A stretch of 64,000 nt of DNA from an uncultured virus (IMG/VR IMGVR_UViG_3300044727_000045) (lineage: Duplodnaviria; Heunggongvirae; Uroviricota; Caudoviricetes), in the IMG/VR virus record IMGVR_UViG_3300044727_000045, one strand, 5' to 3'. The notes beneath the pieces are model-generated. The model worked only from the letters and a program-made list of their open reading frames with translations. It was not told the DNA's origin and searched no databases. Below, piece after piece: positions 48,720 through 58,812 of the stretch (within the stretch, counting starts at the first letter, position 1; every line of letters begins with the position of its first letter). The position numbers and the translations under genes are program-made.

Positions 48720-49169
48720 TTAGCCAGAAAGCGTGTAGCTATCAGCCTCTTCGTCGATCTCCACGTCGAAACCCTTGCTCTTGAGGAACTTGGCGTAGAA
48801 AGCGACATCGAAGTTCTTGTAGTTCTTGGCGTCTGAAAGCTCTTCGATACCCTTCTTACTGGCGAAGCCGGCGGCACGCTTCTTGATCTCTGCCGAGGTA
48901 CCACCCCTCTTCATTGCCCGCATGATGAAGTCTCTCATGCTGTTGGCATTAGGGGTGTAGGAACCTTCTTCAGCATCGGCCTTGGCGACAGTCTTCTTGA
49001 CAGCACCGTTGGTCTTGGCAACGCCGTTGGTCTTGGACTTGGCGATAGGAGCAGCAGCCTTCTTCTTGCTCGAGACTACGACTACCTCTTCCTCTTCGTC
49101 ATCCTCATCCTCGTCTTCGACCACGGGCTTGCGAGACGCCTTGACAGGCGTAACTTTTTTGGTTGGCAT
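48720..49169 (-). CDS. Lys-rich putative DNA-binding protein with acidic tract
   Basis: AAGGAG RBS; own promoter TTGCAC-17-TATAGT (49270-49242); helical C-domain. Confidence 0.7.
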   Translation of the reverse strand: MPTKKVTPVKASRKPVVEDEDEDDEEEEVVVVSSKKKAAAPIAKSKTNGVAKTNGAVKKTVAKADAEEGSYTPNANSMRDFIMRAMKRGGTSAEIKKRAAGFASKKGIEELSDAKNYKNFDVAFYAKFLKSKGFDVEIDEEADSYTLSG

Positions 49170-49410
49170 TTCGATTCTCCTTAGCAACCACAATAGATTG
49201 GGAAGTCCGATTTCCCTGATAATCGGTTGCTGCACAAAAGCACTATAGCACGGACGGTTCTGGGGTGCAAGCTTTATTTTTCTTCGCGCGGAGGTCCTTG
49301 TGAAGGTAGAAGTGGATCCTCCCAGGGCTCCAGGCCAGACATCTTCTCCAAGAACAGGTACAGGCCCACGGTCATGCCTATACCGCACAGAACACCTAGG
49401 AGGAATATCA

Positions 49411-49641
49411 TCATGGCTTCTTGTATTCCCCTGCCCTCTTATTGGCCTCGCGCTCTACTACATCGAACAGGCGTTTATATGCTTCCGCAGATGTTTCCCC
49501 TTCTCGCTTGGTACCTTCTGCCCAAGACTCTACGCGCAAGCTCTGATACTCGCCCATGTTGAGGGTAACCCCAAAGCTTACGCCTATGCGATCCCCAATA
49601 TCGATGGGGCTAATCTTCTTGATCGTCGTGTCCCGTGGCAT
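49411..49641 (-). CDS. conserved phage hypothetical protein
   Basis: GVTLNMGEYQSLRVE motif. Confidence 0.7.
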   Translation of the reverse strand: MPRDTTIKKISPIDIGDRIGVSFGVTLNMGEYQSLRVESWAEGTKREGETSAEAYKRLFDVVEREANKRAGEYKKP

Positions 49642-50038
49642 TCTTCAACCCAACTATGTAAGACTTGTGCGTCTGTAGTGTGCTGACACCTTCGATGTCT
49701 TCGATGGTTAGTATACCATCCCGCATAAGCTGGAAGATTGCCTCGTCGCTGCGCACCTCGGTAGGAACAATGGTGAACACCAGTTCCTCAGGTATGCGCT
49801 TGCGCTTCAACAATGCCTTCAGCGATTCGTTGTTCCAGATCTGCGTAGTACCCTGCCGCTTTTGCCACTTGGTACCAGTTTCAGGGTCTACGACGTCTGT
49901 AAGGTTGCGTCTTTCGTAGTAGGATATGACTGCTGCGTTGATGTTGTCTATACTGCGAGTAAGCTTCTTTCGCTTCTCGTCCAGGGTAAACCTAAGACGC
50001 AACCAGCCTAGTAGCTCGGCCCGATCCTTGACTTTCAC
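49610..50038 (-). CDS. hypothetical protein
   Basis: co-oriented with and overlapping helicase end. Confidence 0.6.
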   Translation of the reverse strand: MKVKDRAELLGWLRLRFTLDEKRKKLTRSIDNINAAVISYYERRNLTDVVDPETGTKWQKRQGTTQIWNNESLKALLKRKRIPEELVFTIVPTEVRSDEAIFQLMRDGILTIEDIEGVSTLQTHKSYIVGLKNATGHDDQED

Positions 50039-51521
50039 GTATAATCTCTAGCTCCATTTCTGCGTAGGCTTTTCTTCTTTCGTACCACTGGCTAACGAGG
50101 ACCCTCGGGACATCCACGTAATCGCGGACGATAACGTCTCTCTTTCTGGGATGGACACGTTGAATTCGTCCAACTTGCTGCGCAATCTTGCCTTGAGCCC
50201 GCGAGGGAAACACAAGGTGGAGTCTGTCGAGCCTTGGGATATCCAATCCCTCATCTGCCAGTTTTGTTCCAAATAGAACGCGCAAAGTGCCTTCTCTAGC
50301 TGCTGAGATAGCCCCTTGCCTTTCTTTCTTTGTACGGCTAATATTGCGTGTGACACGTCCATAGCTATCCTTTTTAGTTCCTCCGGCGATAAGGAGCTCT
50401 TGGGAAATGTCAGGCCGACGCGACCTGAGAGTGCTTGCCAGGAGTGCGAGGTGGTCGATTTGCTGAGATAGGACAAGTTGGACGTGGTCGCCGCTGTCGT
50501 GGTCTGCGATGATGTTCTCGATGATCTGGTCATTCCTTCGTCTATCATTGATCAGAGAACGCACCATATTGTGCCATTGGCGCATGTTAGTATAAGGGTA
50601 GTTGAACCCTGTGTCGTGGACCATCACGACAGGGTCTACAATGAGTCCTGCGCGCTTTAGTGCCCTACGCTCGACCTTTGCTATTACCGGCCCACAGATG
50701 GCGTACAGAAGCCCTTGCAGATTGTCTTCTCGTCTGGGGGTAGCCGTGGCTCCAAAGCGGTAGTACGCGGGAAACTGCGTCATCACTTCTTGGAAGCACT
50801 GTGCGGGACAGTGGTGTGCTTCGTCCAGTATGATGCATCCCCACATGTTCACAAACTCAGGAGTAAGCTCTCTACGCGCCAGCGTCATTACACTAGCCAG
50901 CGTGATTTGCTTTATATCGTAGACATCCCCTTGGATAAGTCCGGGTTCATAGCCAAGAAGATCGCGGCAATAATCTTGCCATTGCTTGAGAAGATCATCT
51001 GTATGAGCCAGAATGATTGTGGGCTGTCCAAGCTCCGCAACGACATATAGCAGCATGACCGTTTTCCCAGAACCGCATGGTGCCTCGAGTACACCCTGAT
51101 GTCCATAGTCATCATGCAATAGGTCCCGAACCGCAGGTTTCTGCGGTTCCCATAATTCTATGTCATGGGGTAGTGGCTTGGGATCGAACGTAACACGCAG
51201 GTCTTCCCACTCTACGTCAATCTCTAGCTCATTGCACAGCTTCTCAAACTCGGGAACAAACTCTCTCGCGATGTAGTATCCAGACCCGTCTTCACTTGTC
51301 TCGATCCCATATATGTATCGCGGGAGTTCATTCCATGTACCTGAACTCTTGTTGTATGTGCTGGTGCTCAGTTGTCTAAAAACGCGGTCTTTGTATTCGG
51401 GATTCTCCCACGTTAGGTGCGACATGAGTGTCTGGTATAATGGTCGCGGTATCTCGTCTCTTGGGACGAACAGTCTTCCCCCAACCGTCGCATGGATGAT
51501 TTGCCTAGATTGTCTGGCCAT
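49992..51521 (-). CDS. superfamily 2 (DEAH-box) DNA helicase
   Basis: APCGSGKT, DEAHH, TATPRR, EGLDIP, QQVGRIQR. Confidence 0.92.
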   Translation of the reverse strand: MARQSRQIIHATVGGRLFVPRDEIPRPLYQTLMSHLTWENPEYKDRVFRQLSTSTYNKSSGTWNELPRYIYGIETSEDGSGYYIAREFVPEFEKLCNELEIDVEWEDLRVTFDPKPLPHDIELWEPQKPAVRDLLHDDYGHQGVLEAPCGSGKTVMLLYVVAELGQPTIILAHTDDLLKQWQDYCRDLLGYEPGLIQGDVYDIKQITLASVMTLARRELTPEFVNMWGCIILDEAHHCPAQCFQEVMTQFPAYYRFGATATPRREDNLQGLLYAICGPVIAKVERRALKRAGLIVDPVVMVHDTGFNYPYTNMRQWHNMVRSLINDRRRNDQIIENIIADHDSGDHVQLVLSQQIDHLALLASTLRSRRPDISQELLIAGGTKKDSYGRVTRNISRTKKERQGAISAAREGTLRVLFGTKLADEGLDIPRLDRLHLVFPSRAQGKIAQQVGRIQRVHPRKRDVIVRDYVDVPRVLVSQWYERRKAYAEMELEIIRESQGSGRATRLVAS

Positions 51522-51622
51522 TGGTGTACCTTTTATTGTAGCAAACCAAATGTCCCGTAGCAATCTATAACTTAGACGTCTAATCTACTTTGTTTTGATA
51601 TGGCTAGGAACGTCGTAACTGC

Positions 51623-51647
51623 TATACTGTGGGGTTGTGCAAAAAGA
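51623..51647 (+). promoter_or_regulatory. -10 box plus conserved downstream element (copy 1)
   Basis: TATACTGTGGGGTTGTGCAAAAAGA, 22/25 identical to 52596-52620. Confidence 0.6.
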
Positions 51648-51668
51648 GGGTAAGCGGGTCTCTGGTCT

Positions 51669-52568
51669 ATGACTAAGAACCAACGTCTCGTGCTGGTATG
51701 GCTGAAGGAAAACAGCAGCCAGTCTGGAGTTATCCGGTGCAGTAACAGCCGGATAGCAGAGGTTTTCGGATGGTCACAGCCGTATGCCCAGAAGATACTG
51801 AGCAATATGGTCAGCATGGGTTACCTGGCAGAGCTTCTTAAAGGGGCCGGGCACCGACCAACGAAATACAAAGTCTTGTCTCCTAGGGACAATCTTTCTA
51901 GCCATAATAACCCCCTCCCCCTACCTTTAGGTAGGGGTAATAAAACGAGCAAGCGCGAGGGCGTGTTTGGGAGTGCGCGTATACGTGTAGCGAATGATGA
52001 AGGTTCTCTACCTCTTCCTCAGTCACGGCGGGTAAACCGTGACGGCCCCATGAAAAAGTTTCGTGAGAAATGGGACCAGGTGAGTAAGTGGGGACCCACA
52101 GACATCGTTTGTTATTATCGTTGGCTGTACCATACAAGATTTGGCGAAATGCCAGAGGTAGACTGGTCTATCTGCTGTGGCACAGCCAGATCGTTGATGA
52201 AGCGTCTTGGCAGTTCTAAGTCTGTAAAGCGATACCTGCAGATTGCTTTCAGTATCATACGCTTCAAACCTCAGGGTCTCAATTCGCTCTACCACAGTAC
52301 CCTTTATGAACAGGTGCGGCAACATTGGGAAGATGATGAGGATCTGTGGGATGATTACCATGACGATTGGGTCTTTCCTTGGTGCAAGCAAAAGATGCTC
52401 GAGCGTTCTCGGGAGATGAACCGAGTGTACATGCAGCATCTGTGGGATGTATCGCGTACTCCAGAGCATCAAGCTCGGATGGAAAAACAACGACAAGAGA
52501 GACTGCATAAGGTCATGTTTCAGAATATGAAAGATAATTGGGAATTGTACTCGGAAGTCCGTCGCTAG
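51669..52568 (+). CDS. winged-HTH protein, putative replication initiator
   Basis: SNSRIAEVFGWSQPYAQKILSNMVSMGYL; precedes DnaB. Confidence 0.6.
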   Translation: MTKNQRLVLVWLKENSSQSGVIRCSNSRIAEVFGWSQPYAQKILSNMVSMGYLAELLKGAGHRPTKYKVLSPRDNLSSHNNPLPLPLGRGNKTSKREGVFGSARIRVANDEGSLPLPQSRRVNRDGPMKKFREKWDQVSKWGPTDIVCYYRWLYHTRFGEMPEVDWSICCGTARSLMKRLGSSKSVKRYLQIAFSIIRFKPQGLNSLYHSTLYEQVRQHWEDDEDLWDDYHDDWVFPWCKQKMLERSREMNRVYMQHLWDVSRTPEHQARMEKQRQERLHKVMFQNMKDNWELYSEVRR

Positions 52569-52595
52569 TGGCTGGCATCCCAGGTTTGGGACTGG

Positions 52596-52620
52596 TATAC
52601 TGTGGGGTGCAGCAAAAAGA
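52596..52620 (+). promoter_or_regulatory. -10 box plus conserved downstream element (copy 2)
   Basis: TATACTGTGGGGTGCAGCAAAAAGA. Confidence 0.6.
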
Positions 52621-52626
52621 CCTAAT

Positions 52627-53934
52627 GTGGGGTACGTAGTGGCGACAAACGAGGACTTGCTTATTAGTGCGATTGTGCGACACAGTCGCGGGCCTGGACA
52701 TGGCGTAGGCACTGCATCTAGACATGGTGCAACCGATACCGTGTTTATGCGGCGAAAGGCTGAGTGGCTATGGCTTCAGGAACATAGGACAGCAAGCAAA
52801 GAAACATTCAAAGCGCGCTTTCCTAATTTCAGAGTCTATACCACAGACCCGGAAGAGATGCCGTTGCTGGTGCAACAGGCGCAGCGCACCAAGGCAGAGT
52901 ATGACTTGGGAAAGATGTTCGAGCGTGCCATGCGACGTCTGGGCCGTGTCGAGCCAACGCAGCTTGCGACCGAACTCGAAGGCGATATCCGACAAATTCT
53001 TCAGTTATACGCCAAGGGCGAGGATGTCGATCTGGTCAATAACTGGCAGCACACGTACAACCACGTGAAGCGTGCCCACGATCAGATTGAATCGGGGCAT
53101 TCCATTGGGTACCCGTTTGGTATACCAACCCTGGATAAATTCACGGGTGGGATGCAGGCCCCAGACTTGATTACCATCGTGGCCCGCCAGGGCGAGTTCA
53201 AAACGTGGATGTCTCTGTTCTTCGCAACCAAAGCATCTATCGAAGGTGCAAAGGTTTTGTATGCCAGCCTGGAGATGTCGCCAGCCCAGATTGGTATGCG
53301 GGTGCAGACCTTGATGAACAACATGCTGGCGTCCAGTATGCAAGACGAGTTCAAGGACCGCTTCAGCAACATGGGTATGATGATGGGTGCCGTAGACCTG
53401 CCCAAGTACAGGCGGTTTCTCATCAGAGCCAAGAAACACCTGAAGTCTGGCTTTATCACCCCCAATGCGCAGGGTGGGTTCTCGATGGCTACGATGGTAG
53501 CTAAGTGCGAGCAGCACAGGCCGGACATTGCGTTCTTCGATTACTTCGGGTTGGGTGTGGGCAACGACGTGGTGCGGGGCGGAGACAACTGGATTCAGGC
53601 AGTCCAGACAAGCCGTATGGCGAAGCACAATATCGCCCGCCAATTTGACATCCCGTTTGTGCTAAATGCACAAGCGAACCGCAAGGGCGTAGATGCACAA
53701 GATGCGCCAGAGCTAGACCATATCTCATTGACGGATGCTCTGGGCGCAGATAGCGACCAGGTGTTGTCCCTTCGATACAGGGCGGGCGACCTGAAGATGG
53801 TTGTGAAGAAGAACAGGCGGGGTCGTACAGGAGATACAATCAAGTTCGAACTGGACATTGACAATGGAGTCATCCAAGAGCTCGAGGGTACCAGGGCACG
53901 CCGGGGACGCAACACCGAAGAGTCCGAAGATTAA
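52627..53934 (+). CDS. dnaB: DnaB-like replicative helicase
   Basis: LDKFTGG, ARQGEFKT, SLEMS, FFDY, AQANR, KNRRG. Confidence 0.9.
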   Translation: MGYVVATNEDLLISAIVRHSRGPGHGVGTASRHGATDTVFMRRKAEWLWLQEHRTASKETFKARFPNFRVYTTDPEEMPLLVQQAQRTKAEYDLGKMFERAMRRLGRVEPTQLATELEGDIRQILQLYAKGEDVDLVNNWQHTYNHVKRAHDQIESGHSIGYPFGIPTLDKFTGGMQAPDLITIVARQGEFKTWMSLFFATKASIEGAKVLYASLEMSPAQIGMRVQTLMNNMLASSMQDEFKDRFSNMGMMMGAVDLPKYRRFLIRAKKHLKSGFITPNAQGGFSMATMVAKCEQHRPDIAFFDYFGLGVGNDVVRGGDNWIQAVQTSRMAKHNIARQFDIPFVLNAQANRKGVDAQDAPELDHISLTDALGADSDQVLSLRYRAGDLKMVVKKNRRGRTGDTIKFELDIDNGVIQELEGTRARRGRNTEESED

Positions 53935-54082
53935 CTGGCGCGAGCTAGTTGTAGGTGTGCTTATCGTAGCGGTGTTCTGTTTGGCTGCATACCTGACTGT
54001 GATGGCTGCGGGAAACAGACCTACTCCCCCTGTAAACTATCAGTCTACCCCACAGTCAAGACCAAATACCCGTGTTCCATGA
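53858..54082 (+). CDS. small membrane protein
   Basis: single TM; overlaps dnaB end. Confidence 0.4.
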   Translation: MTMESSKSSRVPGHAGDATPKSPKINWRELVVGVLIVAVFCLAAYLTVMAAGNRPTPPVNYQSTPQSRPNTRVP

Positions 54083-55046
54083 TATTGACGACCTTGAGAT
54101 CAATGTACCACAGGTACTTGATAGACTCAAGATAGAAGGCGAAGTTATACAGCAGGAGTTCGTGGCGCTGTGCATCTTCCACGGCGAAACGGGCGCACCC
54201 AACCTGGAGATCAATACCGTAACTGGTCTCTGGCATTGTTGGGTCTGTGGAGAACGGGGTAACCTGCCCCGTCTGGTAATGCTAACGCAGGGCACCACTT
54301 ACCGTGATGCCATAGACGTTGTCAGCGAGTACGGCAGCCCATTAGATATAGTAAGCATGCGTAACCGTGGGTTGGCCCAGCTTGACACAATCCTTAACCC
54401 TCCACGACACAAATTCAAAGCAATCGATATATCGCGGTACCAGAAGGGTAAATCATGGTGGTGGTTCAATGGATTACCATACGGTAGGTTCTCTAGGGAA
54501 ACTGTCGACCGATTTCGCCTTGGCTACGACGGAAGCTCTAAGCGATCGGTTATCCCAGTTAGAGCAGATGGAAAGTGGGTCGGTATTATCCGCCGTGCCG
54601 TCAATGCGTGGCAACACCCAAGATATCTCTACTCTAAAGACTTTGATCGCCGCCATGTCCTGTACGGAATGCCGTACATACCTGCCCGCCGAGATTCTTG
54701 CATTATTGTCGAAGGTGCCAAAGATGCACTCCGCGCATACGAATATGGGTTGGATAACATAGTAGCAACGCTAGGTACCGGGCTAACGCGCGAACAGCTA
54801 GCTTTACTAGCCGAAAGGTTCGATGAGGTAACTGTGTTCAGCGACAACGACGCCGCTGGTCAAGTGGCACAACTGAAAATGTGCCAGCAATTAGCAGAGT
54901 GCATTCCGCGTGTATTTGTTGTACAATGGCGTAGCATTGGGAAGAAAGATCCCAATGAGCTCACTGAGCCAGCAATGCGCAGGCTGCTGCGTGACCGTAT
55001 TCACTGGACTACGTTAGTGGAACCGGACTACGACCCATGGAAGTAG
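54072..55046 (+). CDS. dnaG: DNA primase (CHC2 zinc finger plus Toprim)
   Basis: CIFH...WHCWVC; IIVEGAKD; DNDAAG; KDPNE. Confidence 0.92.
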   Translation: MFHDIDDLEINVPQVLDRLKIEGEVIQQEFVALCIFHGETGAPNLEINTVTGLWHCWVCGERGNLPRLVMLTQGTTYRDAIDVVSEYGSPLDIVSMRNRGLAQLDTILNPPRHKFKAIDISRYQKGKSWWWFNGLPYGRFSRETVDRFRLGYDGSSKRSVIPVRADGKWVGIIRRAVNAWQHPRYLYSKDFDRRHVLYGMPYIPARRDSCIIVEGAKDALRAYEYGLDNIVATLGTGLTREQLALLAERFDEVTVFSDNDAAGQVAQLKMCQQLAECIPRVFVVQWRSIGKKDPNELTEPAMRRLLRDRIHWTTLVEPDYDPWK

Positions 55047-55279
55047 TCATGGTTATCCTGGGTGTGATAGCTGTGATGTGGGTCTTGTGGGGTACTGCTG
55101 CTGAAGAGAAAGATCCTATAGTAGTGGCGGCGAAACAACGTCGTACTTCGGCTATAGAGATGCGCTCTAGACGGTACACCAACGTAGTCTTGAAGAGACA
55201 GGTCCAGACGGTACGTCACAAGGTCGCTGGTATTGGTTCAGGTACAGGTAACGGAGGAGCCACCCAGAATAAGAGCTGA
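55037..55279 (+). CDS. small membrane protein
   Basis: N-terminal TM, basic tail. Confidence 0.5.
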   Translation: MEVVMVILGVIAVMWVLWGTAAEEKDPIVVAAKQRRTSAIEMRSRRYTNVVLKRQVQTVRHKVAGIGSGTGNGGATQNKS

Positions 55280-55357
55280 ACGTGGCAGCTTGCTCCGCAA
55301 AGCTGGGACAAGTACACTTTGGTGGTAGGGCCAGGACTGGCCTAAGTGAGGAGATAT

Positions 55358-56353
55358 ATGGCAACTAAGAGCAGTGCATTTTCACGCAATGGGGACGATG
55401 CGCCAAAGAGCATCAAGGTGCGAACCGTAACGCACGCAGATGCCAGGAGCATGCAGGACTCCGCCAAGCAGACGCCAAATGTGCGTTTGACATTCAAGGA
55501 AGGCGAAGCCCGTACCGTTCGCTTTCTGCACGAGCCGTTCGACCGCCGCAATCCGTGGGTGGAGTATGGCGAACACTACATTCAGGGTGGTGGCGGCAAC
55601 AACGGTGGGTATGTCCCGTGCATCGAAGACTGCACGCTGGATGCCGACTTCAGGCCAGGTAAACGCTGGTATGTCAATGTCTGGGACCGGGATAGCAAGC
55701 AGGTCCGGCTTCTCAAGCTGACTGGTGCAATGGTCGAGAACCTCATCATCAAGTTCGAGCGTCGCGGAACTATCATGGATCGCGACTACAGCATTACTCG
55801 GACGGGTGAAGGTACTGATACCAAGTACCATATCGAGGCCGAAGAGAAGGAAGCGTTTACCCAACGCCCCAAGCAGATCGATATCAATGCGTATCTGGAC
55901 CAGCAGGCCCAGGCGTATTACGGCAGCCGCAAGCTGAAAGCACAGACGTCCGCCATCGATGACGATGATGAAGAGGACGTGGAAGATGTTGAGGATACCG
56001 AGGAGGACGAGGACGAAGAGGAAGCGCCTCGCAAGGTAGTCAAGGGCAAAACAACAACCAAGCGTCGTCCTGTGGCCGACGAGGATGAGGATGAGGAAGA
56101 CGAATCGGGCGAAGAAGATGAATCGGAAGATGAAGAAGACGAAGATGAAGACGAGCGCCCAGTCCGCACCAAAGCTGCCGCCGGACGCTCCAGCAAAGCC
56201 GCAGCCGTAGAGGAGGACGAGGACGAAGATACTGATGAAGACGATGAGGAGGATGAGGACGAAGAGGACGAAGCGCCACGACGGAAGACTACGAAAACCA
56301 CCTCTCGTCCAACGACCACAACAACCAAGCGTCCACTCGGCAGTCGACGCTGA
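55358..56353 (+). CDS. single-stranded DNA-binding protein (gp32-like) with very long acidic tail
   Basis: VRFL, YVNVWDR, RDYSITRTGEGTDTKY; promoter TTGCTC-17-TACACT and GAGGAG upstream. Confidence 0.8.
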   Translation: MATKSSAFSRNGDDAPKSIKVRTVTHADARSMQDSAKQTPNVRLTFKEGEARTVRFLHEPFDRRNPWVEYGEHYIQGGGGNNGGYVPCIEDCTLDADFRPGKRWYVNVWDRDSKQVRLLKLTGAMVENLIIKFERRGTIMDRDYSITRTGEGTDTKYHIEAEEKEAFTQRPKQIDINAYLDQQAQAYYGSRKLKAQTSAIDDDDEEDVEDVEDTEEDEDEEEAPRKVVKGKTTTKRRPVADEDEDEEDESGEEDESEDEEDEDEDERPVRTKAAAGRSSKAAAVEEDEDEDTDEDDEEDEDEEDEAPRRKTTKTTSRPTTTTTKRPLGSRR

Positions 56354-56439
56354 TTTTTTCGATCGGTTAGAGCAGACTAGGTAATCTATAGGGGTTTGCA
56401 TGGGGACCGTCCGGTGTGCCATAATGTACAGGTCGGCCC

Positions 56440-56664
56440 ATGCAGCCCAGGGAGAAACTAATGGCAGTCCTCGAAGAAGGCCAAGAGCTATACGATGGGT
56501 ATTGCATGAAGTGCCGCGTCAAGGTCAAGAACCTGCGAGGGAGGTACCGCGTAACACCCAACAACCGTGGCATGATCGAAGGTAATCACACCAAGTGCGG
56601 GACGAAGGTGGTTAAGATCACCAAACTACGCCCCGAAGTCAAACAGAAGAAAGCAGTGGCATAA
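56440..56664 (+). CDS. DUF5679-like zinc-ribbon protein
   Basis: GYCMKCR...NNRGMIEG.H.KCGTKVVKI. Confidence 0.65.
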   Translation: MQPREKLMAVLEEGQELYDGYCMKCRVKVKNLRGRYRVTPNNRGMIEGNHTKCGTKVVKITKLRPEVKQKKAVA

Positions 56665-56668
56665 CACA

Positions 56669-57778
56669 ATGACGCAAATGGTTGATCGTGAAACGGCGCT
56701 GCAGACGCTCCTACCCTTCAGTGGGCTTGAGGAACGCCAGTTTGCCCCAGACGACAGCTATGGATTGCAGACGGGCACAAACGGCAAAGTTCAGTATCGG
56801 TTCGGTAACAAGGACGACGTGTTGCCTCTTGGGCCAGGGGCATGGGACACGCTGTTCCGAGTTAGCGGCTTGCAGACGAACAGCATGCTCAAGTTCATGG
56901 GTACACCAGCGCAGGAGCACGTTGTAGGTCTGTTGGATCACGCATTCCGAGAGCGCCAGGGCAATCTAAAGGCGCTAACCCGTGATGGTGAGATCCAGGC
57001 CATCATCGATGGCAGGGTCGAAGTGCGTGACCCCGTAGACTACATGCGCACGGCAGAGCGGGCAATGGGTGGCCGTCGGCATGTCAAGGGCTACAAAGTC
57101 TGGGGTACTCAGGACCGCCAGTATATCTCATTGGTCACTGATAAAGAGATTAGCATGGGTGGCCGCGACTACCAGCGTCTCGAAGGTGGTGCCCAGGGAG
57201 CTAAGGTCAACGACGTCGTAGCGAGCGGCGTGCAGTTGTACATTAGCCCATACGGGTACAGTGCCCCAGGTGGTACCGGACTCGGTCTAGACCTCTCGGG
57301 ATACTGGGAGCGCCTGCTGTGCACCAATGGCATGACCAGTACCCAGAATGTCATGCATTTCACCAAGCGGGCAGATGAGTCGGACGACAAAGAGTGGATC
57401 ACCACTAACGTGCCCACCATCCTCAACAAAGTTGAGACGGAGGTTGATCGATTCAAGGCGCTGAAGGATGTGGCGGTCGGGCAGCATACCGACGAAGAGC
57501 TTGCGGCCATGCTGCAAGACTTTGGCATCCCGCCCGTTGTACGGGACATGATCCGCAACAGGCTGGTCAACCATCCTGTGGAGAACCTGTATCAGTTGGC
57601 TAACCACGTGACCTACGTGGCCTCCAACTACAGCAGGGTCTTGGAGGATCCCTCCCTGGTACGGCGGCTGATGCGGGTTGGCGGCAACATCGTTCAGCAC
57701 CACAGCATCTGCGAAACCTGCCATCGCGTTATGCCCAAGCGTGAGCGGCGGCGCGTGTCGGCTTTGCAGGAGGCGTAA
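56669..57778 (+). CDS. DUF932-like protein
   Basis: ERLLCTNGM; NLYQLANHVTYVAS. Confidence 0.65.
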   Translation: MTQMVDRETALQTLLPFSGLEERQFAPDDSYGLQTGTNGKVQYRFGNKDDVLPLGPGAWDTLFRVSGLQTNSMLKFMGTPAQEHVVGLLDHAFRERQGNLKALTRDGEIQAIIDGRVEVRDPVDYMRTAERAMGGRRHVKGYKVWGTQDRQYISLVTDKEISMGGRDYQRLEGGAQGAKVNDVVASGVQLYISPYGYSAPGGTGLGLDLSGYWERLLCTNGMTSTQNVMHFTKRADESDDKEWITTNVPTILNKVETEVDRFKALKDVAVGQHTDEELAAMLQDFGIPPVVRDMIRNRLVNHPVENLYQLANHVTYVASNYSRVLEDPSLVRRLMRVGGNIVQHHSICETCHRVMPKRERRRVSALQEA

Positions 57779-57847
57779 GCGGAACTCCTTGGTCGGAGGA
57801 AGCGTGGGGGTGGGAAACCACCCCCATTGCTTTGTGTGGAGTGATAC

Positions 57848-58270
57848 GTGGCAACACCAGAAGATATGATTCGTGTTGAGATCAAACAGGGTTGGCTGCT
57901 TGACCAGTTCGCAGAGCATGTACTAGGGCTAAACCCGGAGGAAGAGGCATACGAGACACAGTTATGGCTAGGTGAGCTCAACCTCGACTTTGCTTCAGCA
58001 CTGGTAAAGTACGATGCGCTGGTACAGCAGAAGAACCAGCAGTACGGCGATGCATGGCAGAAAGACGGACCAGTTACGTCCCTGGTAGATCTCAAGGATA
58101 AGCTGTATCGCTTGCAGTCTGCTGGCGACAGTGGGGCCATCCTTACCTGGGACGTAGACAAACTCAGGGGTACTCTGTACGACATACTGGTGCGCAGCCT
58201 TATGATACTGTCCTGGTTCGAACTCAACTTTGATGATGATGACGATGAGAGAAAAAACGGGAGTGACTAG
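57848..58270 (+). CDS. nucleotide modification-associated domain protein (Nmad1/DUF1599-like)
   Basis: KNQQYGDAW...DKLYRL...TLYD. Confidence 0.7.
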   Translation: MATPEDMIRVEIKQGWLLDQFAEHVLGLNPEEEAYETQLWLGELNLDFASALVKYDALVQQKNQQYGDAWQKDGPVTSLVDLKDKLYRLQSAGDSGAILTWDVDKLRGTLYDILVRSLMILSWFELNFDDDDDERKNGSD

Positions 58271-58812
58271 TGATCATCAGACCGTATACATCGGGCACTA
58301 TGCAAGTAGGTTGGCGCGATGAACTAGAAACCAAATACAAAGATATCATCCGTGAAACTATCGCAGCCAAGTGGTCCACCATCAAAGTTCCAGCGGATTA
58401 TAGTCGGCCTCGTCAAGACATTGATCACCTGCTTGGTCGCGTGGTTTGGCTACATCCTCGTCCCCCGGTTTCTGTTCGAGATGGGGATCGTGCCGCCAGA
58501 GCTGGCTTTTACATTCCTCGCAACCTACGTCTTATCCACGATTGTGACTTTGTGCTTTCTTGCATCTACCCGACATACCCATCCATTGATTCTGCTCATG
58601 AAGTGGGGGCCGCTTATGCTTGGGGTAAACCTGTTGTCACTGTGGATCTCACGGGCGGCGCTGGAGATTATGCAGCATGGCGGGCAATGAGCCTGGTGGT
58701 ACTCGATAGCATTGATGCCGCTGCTGACTACCTGCTGTATCAGGTTCAGGATAACGATGACCTAACGGCGCAGTTGAGCCAGAACACGGTAGGTGATAAA
58801 CTACCCGTATGA
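58270..58812 (+). CDS. nucleoside 2-deoxyribosyltransferase / nucleotide N-hydrolase family protein
   Basis: Y.SG.M...WR, CDFVL, SAHEVGAAYAWGKPVV. Confidence 0.8.
   Translation: MIIRPYTSGTMQVGWRDELETKYKDIIRETIAAKWSTIKVPADYSRPRQDIDHLLGRVVWLHPRPPVSVRDGDRAARAGFYIPRNLRLIHDCDFVLSCIYPTYPSIDSAHEVGAAYAWGKPVVTVDLTGGAGDYAAWRAMSLVVLDSIDAAADYLLYQVQDNDDLTAQLSQNTVGDKLPV

Noticed and set aside
55382..56422. 346-aa hydrophobic minus-strand ORF
   Set aside because: Mirror of the GAR/GAY-rich SSB tail
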